From the IMG/VR virus record IMGVR_UViG_3300002835_000148: 64,000 nt of DNA. One strand, given 5' to 3'. This DNA is from a virus. The translations under genes were made by a program, and so were the position numbers. Below the pieces are notes generated by a model, which did no database searches, had not been told where the DNA came from, and worked only from the letters and a program-made list of their open reading frames with translations. Position 1 is the first letter of the stretch. Each line of letters begins with the position of its first letter. Positions 26,239 to 36,420 of the stretch are shown here, in pieces.

Positions 26239-28379
26239 GCCAAGGAATTGTTGACCAGCTAACTTCTGCTTTCAAGGTATACAGTGCCAATCCTAATGCG
26301 GCTAAGCAAGCTGTAGCCGCCGCTGCTCAAGGACAACCTATAGGGCCGAAAGGACTCGCCGCCGCCGCTGCGCTGCAACAAGCACCGCAGGCACAAACCC
26401 CCGCACCCCAAGGCACAGTGATGCAGCACCTTGCTCAACAGCAAGGTATTATGGGCCAGCTCCCTGCTATGCAGGGACAGCTTCCTCCGGCGCAGCCACA
26501 ACCTGAACCTGAAATGGGTATGGCAGGTGGTGGTCTAGTGTCTTTTGCTCAAGGCGGTGTAATCCCCCCTGATGTTCTTGAGGCTATCCAAGAGCACTTT
26601 GCTCAAGGTGGCGCAGTGCGTGGATTCCCCACAGGTGGCTCCTTACAGGCGCTATCAAAAATGATACCTGATGCTCCGGGCTACTACGAATCTGGGGATA
26701 TACTCAGCCGAGAAGATGAAAAGCTGATGCAGGAGTTATTGCGGGAGCAAGACACGGCGACCAGAGCGCGGCTAGAAGAAGAGGCAGCGCGGAGAGGATT
26801 ACGAGGAGAGCGCTCTAGTCCTTCTGCATATCAACAGCGGGCGGGTATGGTCTCTGACCAACCGGAGCCAACACAAGGGCGGGCCACGCCCAAGTCAATT
26901 CAAGGGCTATCTGAAGCAGACTCTGCTACAGAAATGGAGCGGTTGAACCGCCGCCTCAAATGGCAGAATTTAGACAAAAGCGTTGGGTATGAACTACCTA
27001 AAGAGCCGCCTCCGGCAAAAGCCCCCCGTGGTATGGACACCAGCAAACTTAGCAAAGAAGCACGAGAGTTTCTTAGCAGGGAGATACCACAGGCAGAAAA
27101 ACTCGCAGTGCCTGAAGCAGAAAGCCTAGCAACTAAACTAGGTAAAGTGGGTAGGGCCGCAGGTAAGTTCGGCAAAGGGCTTGGGCCAGTAGGCGAAGTG
27201 CTTGGGCCAGTAGGCAAAGTGCTTGGGCCAGTGGGCGTAGCACTGGGCGCTTGGGATATGATTGACTCACTCGCTAACCCACAATTCCAAAAACAGTATG
27301 CTGAGGACTGGAAAGAGTACATGCCCTCATGGATGGGAGGCAAAGCGGCACCGCAAGAGGAAACAAAAGGAGTTACTGCCCCGCCAAAAAATGGAGCCTC
27401 CTCTGATAAAACAAGGCTAGGCGTTACTGAGCAACAGATGGCGAAAGTCTTTCCTAGTGCAGGGCTAGGCTCTCTAAAACAGGAAGGCAAACAGGTTGGT
27501 AAACAGGAACCTACTACGGGCGCATCTGTAACACCTCGTGCGGAGCCTACTCCAGAAGCGAAAAAAGCTGGGTATACGCCACCTGAAGAGCAGACCATAA
27601 AGACAAATAGCCAAGCGGCCCCTGCTGCTACAGAAGCCTCTCCGCAGGGTGCATCCTCTCTCATGCCGGGAGAAAGCTATGGCATACCCTCTCTTGAAGG
27701 CCAAGTCAAAATGCTGGACGAACTGCGTGGGTTATCCAACGCTAAGATGTCTGACGCGCAGGCTAAACGCCTTGAAGAAATGCAGACTGGTGCTAAGGAA
27801 GACAAATGGCTAGGTGCCCTTATGGGTATGATTTCTGGCACATTGGGTTCTTCATCGCCCTATCTAGGTCAAGCTATCGGGACTGGTGGCATCCAAGCGC
27901 TATCCGCTTACCAGCAAGGAGCTAAAGAAGAAGCAGACATTGCACGTAAAGCCTATGACATATATGGAGAAGAAGAAAAAGCCCCTCAACTGGAGCATGC
28001 TCGCAACGTCGATACAATTTTGAAACTGTTGCAGCAGAAAGCTGAAATGGCAAGCGAAGAGCGTAGAGCGGCGAATAGAGGGAGGATGCCTTTTGAAGAG
28101 AGATGGGCCTTAGACCGAGAAAAAGGGATAGAGGCTGAAAAACGCGCTGCGCTTGTGTCTGGTAAAACTAATGCAGCTATTGAGCATGCTGCTCTCCAGC
28201 AAGCGGTGGCTGATTATAATGCAGCAAGAGACAAGGGCGAAAACCCCAATTTTGACCAAATACTAACCAAGGCGCGAGTTCAATATGGGCTTACCCCGTT
28301 AGGGCTAGGCGGTGGCGAGCTAGGCGGGGGCGGGCTGGGTGGCGGTTTAACAGTTACAAGACAAGGCGTAAGGCAGTAA
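26235..28379 (+). CDS. Internal virion / ejection-type protein (714 aa)
   Basis: Contains MAGGGLVSFAQGGVIPP and HFAQGGAVRGFPTGG motifs, a 21-nt x3 repeat (LGPVGxV) at 27179-27241 and a Gly-rich C-terminus. Confidence 0.5.
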   Translation: MSQGIVDQLTSAFKVYSANPNAAKQAVAAAAQGQPIGPKGLAAAAALQQAPQAQTPAPQGTVMQHLAQQQGIMGQLPAMQGQLPPAQPQPEPEMGMAGGGLVSFAQGGVIPPDVLEAIQEHFAQGGAVRGFPTGGSLQALSKMIPDAPGYYESGDILSREDEKLMQELLREQDTATRARLEEEAARRGLRGERSSPSAYQQRAGMVSDQPEPTQGRATPKSIQGLSEADSATEMERLNRRLKWQNLDKSVGYELPKEPPPAKAPRGMDTSKLSKEAREFLSREIPQAEKLAVPEAESLATKLGKVGRAAGKFGKGLGPVGEVLGPVGKVLGPVGVALGAWDMIDSLANPQFQKQYAEDWKEYMPSWMGGKAAPQEETKGVTAPPKNGASSDKTRLGVTEQQMAKVFPSAGLGSLKQEGKQVGKQEPTTGASVTPRAEPTPEAKKAGYTPPEEQTIKTNSQAAPAATEASPQGASSLMPGESYGIPSLEGQVKMLDELRGLSNAKMSDAQAKRLEEMQTGAKEDKWLGALMGMISGTLGSSSPYLGQAIGTGGIQALSAYQQGAKEEADIARKAYDIYGEEEKAPQLEHARNVDTILKLLQQKAEMASEERRAANRGRMPFEERWALDREKGIEAEKRAALVSGKTNAAIEHAALQQAVADYNAARDKGENPNFDQILTKARVQYGLTPLGLGGGELGGGGLGGGLTVTRQGVRQ

Positions 28380-28412
28380 AATACCTCAAGCAACTTTAAC
28401 TCAGGAAACCGC

Positions 28413-31400
28413 ATGGATAAGTACGCTGGCCTTGCTTCTTTGTTCGACCCTTCTGTTGGCTCTGGCGATGCCGCGCTAGACGAGCTTATAGGGATACGCC
28501 CCTATACGGCCAAAGAACGGGAAGAGGATAAGCGGCGAGAGCTAGCGGATATAGAAGCCTACATGGGTGGCGAGGCTAGGCCAATGCAGGGTGATGGTGA
28601 GCAGAATCTCGCCTATGCCCGTAGATACTTAGAAGCTAAGGGGTTCCCTGCACATATTGCTGCTGGTGCAGTTGGTAACTTTGCACAAGAGTCAAGCGGT
28701 ATTTCGGGGGGTTCCTTAAACAAGGAGGGTGGGCTAGGTATCGCTCAATGGCGCAAAGAAAGGCTCTATGGCGGTGGCGGGTATGAAGGGCTAATCCCTT
28801 TTGCAAAACGCCAAGGGCGCTCTCCGCAAGACCTTACTACGCAGCTCGATTATTTTGTTAGTGAGTTACAAGGGCCAGAAAGAGCTGCTCTCGAAAAAGC
28901 TATGCAGACGCGCACTCCTGAGCAAGCTGCTGTCATACTTGGGCGCTACTATGAACGTCCGAATGAACAGTATGCCAACTATGAAAATAGGGCCGCGCAA
29001 GCGCGGCGCTTCGCTGCTATCCCTGACGAGCAAATACAGAACGCTCCGTCTGGAATGTACTTAGATGTAACAGGTGGTAGGCCATTCCAACAACGGCAGG
29101 GACAATCCCCACAATACTCTCAGCTAGAAACCACCCCCATGCAGTTAAGCACAGGGCAGACGATCAATGTTGAGAAGGGCATGACTCATGCCGAGGTAGC
29201 GGCTATGCTGAAAAAAGAAGGCATAGAAGGCGTTCCGCTACGCCAATTCCAAGCGCCCAATGGTCAGACTGTCAACGCTGAATATGATATGTCTGATGAC
29301 GAGGTGCTGGGTATGCTTCGCAAAGAAGCCCCTGAATATGCTACTCCTCAAGGCGCTCCCACTCCCAATAAGTCAAGCTATGGCGCTGCGGCTAAAGAAT
29401 CGCTTCTGACAAGCGGTGCAGGGATATTTACAGGGCTTGGTGGAGAAACAAAAGAGCTAGGGAAAGCTGTGGCTGACACTGAACTGCTGGGGCAGTATGC
29501 GAAGCCTATAGGGGAAGCCATTACAGGTGCTGGGGAGTCGATGCGTGGCTATGGCGAAGAGCTAGGTCATAGAGCAGAGGGCGTCTTTGAGATGCCTAAA
29601 GATGCAAGTTGGTTTGAGAAGACTGTAGGCTACCCAATCGTTCAAACAGGTGCGGGGATTGTCCCTTACGCTGCTGCGTATGCTATTCCGGGTGTAGGCC
29701 CAGCTACGGGCACTGCTGCTCTGTATGGCGGCGCTATGGGTGGGCTTGAAGAACGCGCTAAGGAAACAGGCAAAGAGTTTGTACCTAGCGAGGCACGCCC
29801 CTATGCTGTGGGCGAGACTGCCCTTGATTATGTAGGCGGCAGACTGCTCGGCCCGTTGAAAAAGTTATTCAGTGATGACGTAGTGCTGGGTGCTAGAGAG
29901 ACTATTATAAAGGCTGTAGAAAAAGGCGGTATTGAAGAAGCCAAGAAACTCGTAGGCTCACGCCTCGGCAATATAGCTAAACAGGTAGGCATCACGGATG
30001 CAGCCTTCACCAGCAGTGAAGTAGCTGAGAATGTCATAGAACGCGCCTATGCTGGACAGCCCTTATTTGATGACTCTGCTCTACAGGAATATGCTGACAC
30101 TGCTAAACAAGTTGCAGGTTTTGGTGGCGTTGCCGGTGTAGCGCAAGGTCTTGGCAGACACCACATCAAGGCTACAGAAGTAGCCCGCATCGAAGAGCAG
30201 AAAGCTACGGAAGAGGCGTTAGCCGCACAGAAAGCAGCCCAGCTCGCTCAGCAAACAGCCCTAGAAGAACAAGCTGTTGCTAAGGCAGAAAAGAGGAAAG
30301 AGCGCCAACCTATCGAGATACCTGAAGAATTACAAGGTATGCCCTATAAGGACGCTGTGCGCTACATGCAGATGCAGGAAGCCAAGGCACAACCCCCAGT
30401 AGAAGAAGTACCAGAACCTACGGTGCAAGAGAAGCCCTACTACGAACAATTAGGGTTGAAGGCGCGTAAGAATACCCTAGTCATGAAGGGATTGAAGCAG
30501 CTTAACCCAGATGACCCTTCTCATGGCCCCACTATCAATGCGTTTCTTGATGAAATAGAAGCGAAGAATATGCCCCGCGATCAGCAGGCTATAGACGCTT
30601 TACGCACTAAACTTAACGAGGTACAACAAAATGCCCAGCAAGTCTCCGAAACAGGCCCGACTGATGGCAGCGGCGGCGCACAACCCAGCGTTCTCGAAGA
30701 AGGTGGGGATCAAACAATCAGTGGCGAAGGAATGGAACCAAGCCGACAAGGGGAGCAAGATGTTGAAGTCGATGACGAAGAACCCACGGAAAAAGTAAAA
30801 GCTGTCGCGGAAGAGGTTCCTACGGGGATGGTAAATCCTCGTGAGTTTATGCACTATAAGGATGTAACCAAGCGCACTGCTGAGTTAACCCAAGCGGCGG
30901 AGCAATTAGCTGCTGGGGAAATTACTAAGGAAGACTACGCTGCACTGGTAAACAAATATAAACCTGTTACAGCATATCGTAGTATCCCCAAGCCTGCCTC
31001 ACTGGAAGAAATGTACAACGCTTTATCTAAAGATAAAGTAGACAAAATAGGTGAGGCGAGCGGCACTCTGGAGGAAGGGGAAAATATAGGATTGCGCTTA
31101 GACATCCCCGCCTACAGGGATCACGGCGCTTGGGTAGTCACGGTGCATACACCGCGTCGAGGGGGGTTTGCGGGTAAGCCTATTGGGTACGAAAGTGTCG
31201 CAGGAGCTACGGATGTATCTTTTGGGATTACTGAAAAAGCTGCATTAAACATAGCTAAGGGTTCTGGTAAAGCCACCATAGCGACAATGGAAGGTAAGTG
31301 GAAGCCTGTATCCCCAGAAGAAGCTGCAACGCTGGGAAAGCAATACCTTAATGACCCAGAATGGATTCAGGTGGGCATGGACCCGGAGCGCCATAGCTAC

Positions 31401-34400
31401 TTCTATGATCGCGCTAACATGGAACCCGTTACTCATGCTGAGGAGGTTTTGCAAATCGGCGGTCTAGTGTTCGCTAAAAATCCTACCTATGCCCCAGCAA
31501 GCAAATTCCTTTTCTCCGGTAGGGGCAAAAACCCAGACAAAGGAGTGCTCTCCTTACCAATACAAGAGTTCGAGTCAGCAACAGATGCTAAAGACCTGCT
31601 GAACAGATACGTCAAAATAGCTACGGATTCTCGCCTACATGATCTTGCTAAGACGTATTTAACATCTCCTCATATTGCGGCAGCCAAGGTTACATTCTTC
31701 AAGCAAGGAGACAAGATACCGCGTAATGTTAAAAATGCCTTTGATGCAGCCAAGGCGGGTGCAGTTACCGTAGTGGGCGAAGATGGTGCTCATCTCTATT
31801 TCAAAGCAGATGATCCTAACGTTTTCCGCGAAGACAACGTAATCCACGAAGTCACCCATGCTTTAACTGAGGCAGCTCTGGTGCGGAACCCATCTGCACG
31901 GGCGGAGCTAACAGGTCTATCGGACAAAATAAGTCGCGTACTTCATTCCAACAACCCAAAGTACGGGAAATTCTGGGATGACATAATAGGCAAAGACCCT
32001 AGTGAAACGCTGGCATACAGCTTGACTTTGCCTTCTTTCCGACAGGTTTTAAGCAAGTACGACGAAGATGGGCATAGGCTGAAAGCTAAGCCTGCTGCAT
32101 TTAAGGGCCAAGCACCTGTACGCACCCTGTGGCAGAAATTCGTTGACACTCTTACAAGATTATTCGGCTTACCCAGCAAGCAGAAACAGGCGTATGACAC
32201 TGCACTAAACGAGTATCTCGACCGCAAAGCAGAGTACGAAAAGCAAGTTGCTGACTACAACGCCCAGCGCCCAATGCAGGCTAAGCTGGATAGCATCCTA
32301 CAAGAATTGCTAAAAACTACTGCGGCTGAAGGCGTTGCTATGCCTAGCGACACCGCTGTTAAAGCAGTTTACGCAGGAAAGAGCGCTGTTGGCGCTGACT
32401 TAGGCAAACTTGAGGAAGCTGAAAAACGAACCACTGCTGGAGAAAGCGCCCAAAAAGTCCGTAAGGATACAGGCTGGTTCAAAGGCACGGAGGGCGAATG
32501 GCGTTTTGAAATTCCAGACGACAAGGCTGAATGGGCGACAGACTGGGAAAAAATATCGGAAGCATCTGTAAGAGGCAAAGGGCTTCGTCTTGAGGATGTA
32601 CTAGACGCTCCTGAATTATTCGCTGCTTATCCTGAGCTAAAGGGGGTAAAGTTCACTAAGCGCCCTGCCCTGTTTGACTTTTATGACGAGAGTTTAGGTT
32701 GGTTTGACCCTGCAACTAACACTCTAAACGTGACACCTAACAACCTTTCTGCTGACGCCGCGCTCGGCACTGCCCTGCACGAAATACAGCATTGGGTTCA
32801 AACAAAGGAGGGTTTTGCTCGCGGCGGCAATAGTAATTCGGTGCGCTTAAGCAACATAGATTCCTTAAATAAGCTAGCAAAATACTGGGCACGCAGCGCC
32901 CCCTCTAACTATGACGCGCTCAATGCACTGGCTATGGAAGAGCAGGGTGTGCCCTTTAGTAAGGTTAAAAGTCGTTACAACAGAGAAGATATGGTAGCTA
33001 GTGTTTTTTACGCTAAGCCTTATGACGAACTCACTGAAGCGCAGCAGCAAACTGTACGCAATAGTGCTAGCGCTAAAGCATTACAGCGCGAATTTTTAGC
33101 TTACGAGAGGGAAAAGACCGCCCCGATTGAAGAGCTTAAGGAAAATGCTGGTAAAAACGCTGCTTTATACGAAAGGGTTAACAATGCTGAAACTACGGTT
33201 AAGCTGCTAAAAGAGTATATTGCTGATAAGAAAAGAGAGTTTAAGGGCGCTTACGATACCTCAGTAAAAGCTCGACAGTATGACCTTGCTGGAAAAATCG
33301 AAAGCACGCATAAAGCCGAAATAGAAAAGCTGGAAACTTCCCTAGATGAGAAGAAAGCAGAACTAATAGAGGCAACCGATGCCCTTAACGACTTTACTAG
33401 CCAATTCGCTGATATTCAACACGCGCTGTATAAGCTCCTAGCTGGTGAGCGAGAAGCGCGAGATGTCGCAGGGCGGCGCAAACTGACTGCTGAGCAGCGC
33501 AGAGAGAGTGCCCCCTATACAGCGGAGGATATTAGGGAAGATGAGGCTATAATCGTAACAGGTGCTGGAGCAGATGCCGCTAGAGTAATGTCTCGACAAA
33601 CCCCTAGAGGGCAAAGAGGATTAGCAGGCAAGCTAAAGGACAAGGACTTTGGCGAAAAACTTTCAGAAGCTGCGCGTGACGTTCTTACATCAGGGCGGCA
33701 TACTTCTTTGCGTAGTGAATGGCTTGACCAGTCTGAAGCATTGGGCAAGGTTACAGAAAACCTGCCTACTATGGTCGGTAAAAAGGCCCGTGTTGATTTC
33801 CTAGCTAGCCATTTCGCGCAGGTGGGCAATGTCATTGCTGACTCTATCCATAACGGATTCGTAAAAGATGTAGGCGACGGCTCTGTGATGACGATTAAAG
33901 ATCACAGTTTAGCCCCAGAGAAGATATTCAGGCGAGTAGCTGAGACAGGCAAAAAAGAACTGTTCAACGAAATGCTGGTAGCACTTAGAGGTCGATCCAT
34001 ACGCGAGGCTGACATAAAAACCAAAGCCCTTGCTGATGATCTGCTGACTAAAGCAGACGAGCTGGATGACTATGCTAGCACTCTACAGGACAAGAAGAAG
34101 CGAGCGAGCTTCACTCGGTCAGCGCAAAACCTTCGCACTCTTGCTGAGAAAAAGCTAGAGGGTATCAACTATGATAGAGGCCGCACCGAAGTCTCTGAAG
34201 AGGATATTCGTAAAGCAGAGGAGCTAGAACGCGCCGAGCCTGAGTTGGCCCGCGAAGCACAAAACGTCTATGACCTGCTGAGAAAGTCCGTTGATCTTCT
34301 CGAAGATAGCGGATTGATAGATTCTAAAACAGCCAAGCAGTATCGGGAGTACCCTAACTACATACCTCTGTACAAGGTGCAAGACTTTGAAGAGGCTATG

Positions 34401-36308
34401 ATTGACCCTAAAAAGCACCTGCAACTCATCATCAGCAAAATGGGTAGAGGTGCAAACAAACTGCCTGAGATAAAGCGGCAGAAAGCTCACTTCCATGAGG
34501 TTATGGTAGAGAGTAACATTCTCAAGCACATCGCACTGTGCACCATGACAGCAGCTAAGAACAATCTCAACAAAGCCGCAGCACTACAGATGGAACTCGT
34601 GGGTGCAGCAGAGCCTAGCAGATTAGGTAAAGACGATCCTGATGCTGTGCAATTCCGTGACAAGGGTGAGGTTAAATACTACACCATCAAAGATAAGCAG
34701 GCGTTGTTCGCTTTGCAAGCCGCGCAGCCTCTAATCAATCCTATCTTCAAACAGCTTAAGAAAGTATCAGGCGTCGTGCGCGGCGCTATGGTTATGAACC
34801 CGCTGTTCTGGTATCGGCAGTTGGTGCGTGAGCCACTGACCGCTAGCCTTGTTGGTAGAACAGGGTTGGTGACGCCTTTTGATACTCTTGCTGAAATAAC
34901 CAAGATAGCCGCAGGTAAGTCCAAGCGGTATGAAGACCTGAAGCGCAGAGGCATAGTCGCAGCACAGGACGTTATCACTGACCCTATAGAGTTCATCAAA
35001 TATGTCGAGAAAGGCAAAGGCTGGACAACCAAGGGCATCGAGCGGATTAAGGAAATACATGAAGCGGTGGACGGTGCTACTAGAGCGGTGGTTGCTGAAC
35101 GCGCATATCAAGATGCTATCAGTAAAGGTCTCAGCGAAGAGGATGCGAATAATCTGGCGGCGATAAAAGCACGGGAGATTATCAACTTCTCCAAGCAGGG
35201 TAGATCACAGAATGTTCGGGTCATGAGGGCCACTACGCCTTTCTTCGGCGCTGCGCTAAACGGTTTGGATGTACTGATGAAAGCCGCCATGCCTAGAAAA
35301 TACGGGCGGTTGAGCAAAGCTGAAGCAATGGAAGCTAGACGTATGTTCTACTCTCGTGCGTCTATGATAGCGCTGTACACCGCAGCTTACACTATGGCAA
35401 GTTCAGATGATGAAGATTATCTGAGCACTGTAGACCGCGCTGGTAATTGGCTGGTGCCGATAGGTAATAAGGACAACCCCTTTACCAAAATATCTATCCC
35501 CTACGAATTGGGCTTCTTCATTAAGACGCTGCCTGAGCTTATTACGCTCCTGAACATGGGGGCTATCTCTACTAAAAAGGCCGTAACAGAAGCGGGCAAA
35601 GCAGCTTGGGAAACGGTGGTTCCCCCTATGCCGACTATCTATGCAATCAAACCCTTGGTAGAAGCCTTTATAAACTTTGACTTCCATACGCAAAGCCCCA
35701 TAGAAACAGGCTCCGATTCCAGAGGAATGATACACCTCAGAAATAAGAAGGCGGGTGAGCTAACCAAAGCGGTTGCAAGCAAGCTGCACGATGCAGGGAT
35801 AGACCTAGAAACTCTGTCTCCTGATCGTATGGAGCACATAATGGAGGGCTTCTTTGGGCAGATATGGGGTGTGACTCGCGCCGTGTCAGACTATTTTATG
35901 TACGATGGCCCTGAGAAACCTGAGAAGATTCTTTCAGATTTACCCCTGATCGGCGGTGCATTTACCAAAGGCGCTAGGGATGCTGCGGTGAATGACTTCT
36001 ACACGGTTTATAACAATGTTCGAGACCTTGCTGAGAGTGTGTCCAAGTTGGAAAAGGGCGGTGACGTAGATACCCTAGAGAAGCTGCGCGAAGACAAAAA
36101 CTACGCAAAGTACATGAGAGCTAACACCCCGCTAGGCGACAAGATGCAGGCTATGGATAATAAAATGCAGATCATAACGCGCATCGAGAAAGACCCTACG
36201 ATAGACGCTGCGGAAAAGAAACGCAGGATAGACATTCAGAACGAACAGCGCAATACGCTCGCCAAGCAAGGACTGGATATTGCTAGAAAGCTAGGTCTGG
36301 AGTTTTAG
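28413..36308 (+). CDS. Giant polyvalent virion protein (2631 aa): N-terminal lysozyme-like domain and two HExxH motifs
   Basis: AAGAVGNFAQESSG...GLGIAQWRKER matches the recalled phage tail lysozyme family. HEVTH is at 31845-31859 and HEIQH at 32778-32792. Long helical and charged regions fill the rest. No T7-like RNA polymerase motifs were noticed. Confidence 0.65.
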   Translation: MDKYAGLASLFDPSVGSGDAALDELIGIRPYTAKEREEDKRRELADIEAYMGGEARPMQGDGEQNLAYARRYLEAKGFPAHIAAGAVGNFAQESSGISGGSLNKEGGLGIAQWRKERLYGGGGYEGLIPFAKRQGRSPQDLTTQLDYFVSELQGPERAALEKAMQTRTPEQAAVILGRYYERPNEQYANYENRAAQARRFAAIPDEQIQNAPSGMYLDVTGGRPFQQRQGQSPQYSQLETTPMQLSTGQTINVEKGMTHAEVAAMLKKEGIEGVPLRQFQAPNGQTVNAEYDMSDDEVLGMLRKEAPEYATPQGAPTPNKSSYGAAAKESLLTSGAGIFTGLGGETKELGKAVADTELLGQYAKPIGEAITGAGESMRGYGEELGHRAEGVFEMPKDASWFEKTVGYPIVQTGAGIVPYAAAYAIPGVGPATGTAALYGGAMGGLEERAKETGKEFVPSEARPYAVGETALDYVGGRLLGPLKKLFSDDVVLGARETIIKAVEKGGIEEAKKLVGSRLGNIAKQVGITDAAFTSSEVAENVIERAYAGQPLFDDSALQEYADTAKQVAGFGGVAGVAQGLGRHHIKATEVARIEEQKATEEALAAQKAAQLAQQTALEEQAVAKAEKRKERQPIEIPEELQGMPYKDAVRYMQMQEAKAQPPVEEVPEPTVQEKPYYEQLGLKARKNTLVMKGLKQLNPDDPSHGPTINAFLDEIEAKNMPRDQQAIDALRTKLNEVQQNAQQVSETGPTDGSGGAQPSVLEEGGDQTISGEGMEPSRQGEQDVEVDDEEPTEKVKAVAEEVPTGMVNPREFMHYKDVTKRTAELTQAAEQLAAGEITKEDYAALVNKYKPVTAYRSIPKPASLEEMYNALSKDKVDKIGEASGTLEEGENIGLRLDIPAYRDHGAWVVTVHTPRRGGFAGKPIGYESVAGATDVSFGITEKAALNIAKGSGKATIATMEGKWKPVSPEEAATLGKQYLNDPEWIQVGMDPERHSYFYDRANMEPVTHAEEVLQIGGLVFAKNPTYAPASKFLFSGRGKNPDKGVLSLPIQEFESATDAKDLLNRYVKIATDSRLHDLAKTYLTSPHIAAAKVTFFKQGDKIPRNVKNAFDAAKAGAVTVVGEDGAHLYFKADDPNVFREDNVIHEVTHALTEAALVRNPSARAELTGLSDKISRVLHSNNPKYGKFWDDIIGKDPSETLAYSLTLPSFRQVLSKYDEDGHRLKAKPAAFKGQAPVRTLWQKFVDTLTRLFGLPSKQKQAYDTALNEYLDRKAEYEKQVADYNAQRPMQAKLDSILQELLKTTAAEGVAMPSDTAVKAVYAGKSAVGADLGKLEEAEKRTTAGESAQKVRKDTGWFKGTEGEWRFEIPDDKAEWATDWEKISEASVRGKGLRLEDVLDAPELFAAYPELKGVKFTKRPALFDFYDESLGWFDPATNTLNVTPNNLSADAALGTALHEIQHWVQTKEGFARGGNSNSVRLSNIDSLNKLAKYWARSAPSNYDALNALAMEEQGVPFSKVKSRYNREDMVASVFYAKPYDELTEAQQQTVRNSASAKALQREFLAYEREKTAPIEELKENAGKNAALYERVNNAETTVKLLKEYIADKKREFKGAYDTSVKARQYDLAGKIESTHKAEIEKLETSLDEKKAELIEATDALNDFTSQFADIQHALYKLLAGEREARDVAGRRKLTAEQRRESAPYTAEDIREDEAIIVTGAGADAARVMSRQTPRGQRGLAGKLKDKDFGEKLSEAARDVLTSGRHTSLRSEWLDQSEALGKVTENLPTMVGKKARVDFLASHFAQVGNVIADSIHNGFVKDVGDGSVMTIKDHSLAPEKIFRRVAETGKKELFNEMLVALRGRSIREADIKTKALADDLLTKADELDDYASTLQDKKKRASFTRSAQNLRTLAEKKLEGINYDRGRTEVSEEDIRKAEELERAEPELAREAQNVYDLLRKSVDLLEDSGLIDSKTAKQYREYPNYIPLYKVQDFEEAMIDPKKHLQLIISKMGRGANKLPEIKRQKAHFHEVMVESNILKHIALCTMTAAKNNLNKAAALQMELVGAAEPSRLGKDDPDAVQFRDKGEVKYYTIKDKQALFALQAAQPLINPIFKQLKKVSGVVRGAMVMNPLFWYRQLVREPLTASLVGRTGLVTPFDTLAEITKIAAGKSKRYEDLKRRGIVAAQDVITDPIEFIKYVEKGKGWTTKGIERIKEIHEAVDGATRAVVAERAYQDAISKGLSEEDANNLAAIKAREIINFSKQGRSQNVRVMRATTPFFGAALNGLDVLMKAAMPRKYGRLSKAEAMEARRMFYSRASMIALYTAAYTMASSDDEDYLSTVDRAGNWLVPIGNKDNPFTKISIPYELGFFIKTLPELITLLNMGAISTKKAVTEAGKAAWETVVPPMPTIYAIKPLVEAFINFDFHTQSPIETGSDSRGMIHLRNKKAGELTKAVASKLHDAGIDLETLSPDRMEHIMEGFFGQIWGVTRAVSDYFMYDGPEKPEKILSDLPLIGGAFTKGARDAAVNDFYTVYNNVRDLAESVSKLEKGGDVDTLEKLREDKNYAKYMRANTPLGDKMQAMDNKMQIITRIEKDPTIDAAEKKRRIDIQNEQRNTLAKQGLDIARKLGLEF

Positions 36309-36316
36309 GCAAAAAG

Positions 36317-36343
36317 AAGCCACCTATGGAGGGAAGGTGGCTT
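36317..36343. terminator. Hairpin at the convergence point (U-tract on the minus-strand side)
   Basis: aagccacct / aggtggctt forms a 9-bp stem with a 9-nt loop. aaaaag on the plus strand gives CUUUUU after the stem on minus-strand RNA. Confidence 0.6.
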
Positions 36344-36384
36344 AAGGGTAGGTATAGGAACGAGAGAACAAAACGAAATGCAAT

Positions 36385-36403
36385 GGAGGGATACTACCCC
36401 TCC
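36385..36403 (-). terminator. Terminator-like hairpin after the primase-helicase gene
   Basis: Minus strand GGAGGG-GTAGTAT-CCCTCC followed by ATTGCATTTCGTTTTGTT. Confidence 0.5.
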
Positions 36404-36420
36404 TCAATGCGGTTGTCAAG

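Noticed and set aside
26900-27664. 254-aa and 76-aa antisense ORFs within the 714-aa virion protein gene.
   Set aside because: They are antisense to a tightly packed operon, have Pro/Ser/Ala-rich junk-like composition and lack any start context.
28413-36308. Idea that the giant protein is an N4-type virion RNA polymerase.
   Set aside because: I could not find T7-like polymerase motifs by eye. The recognisable parts are lysozyme-like and HExxH motifs, and the early promoters match host sigma70 consensus.
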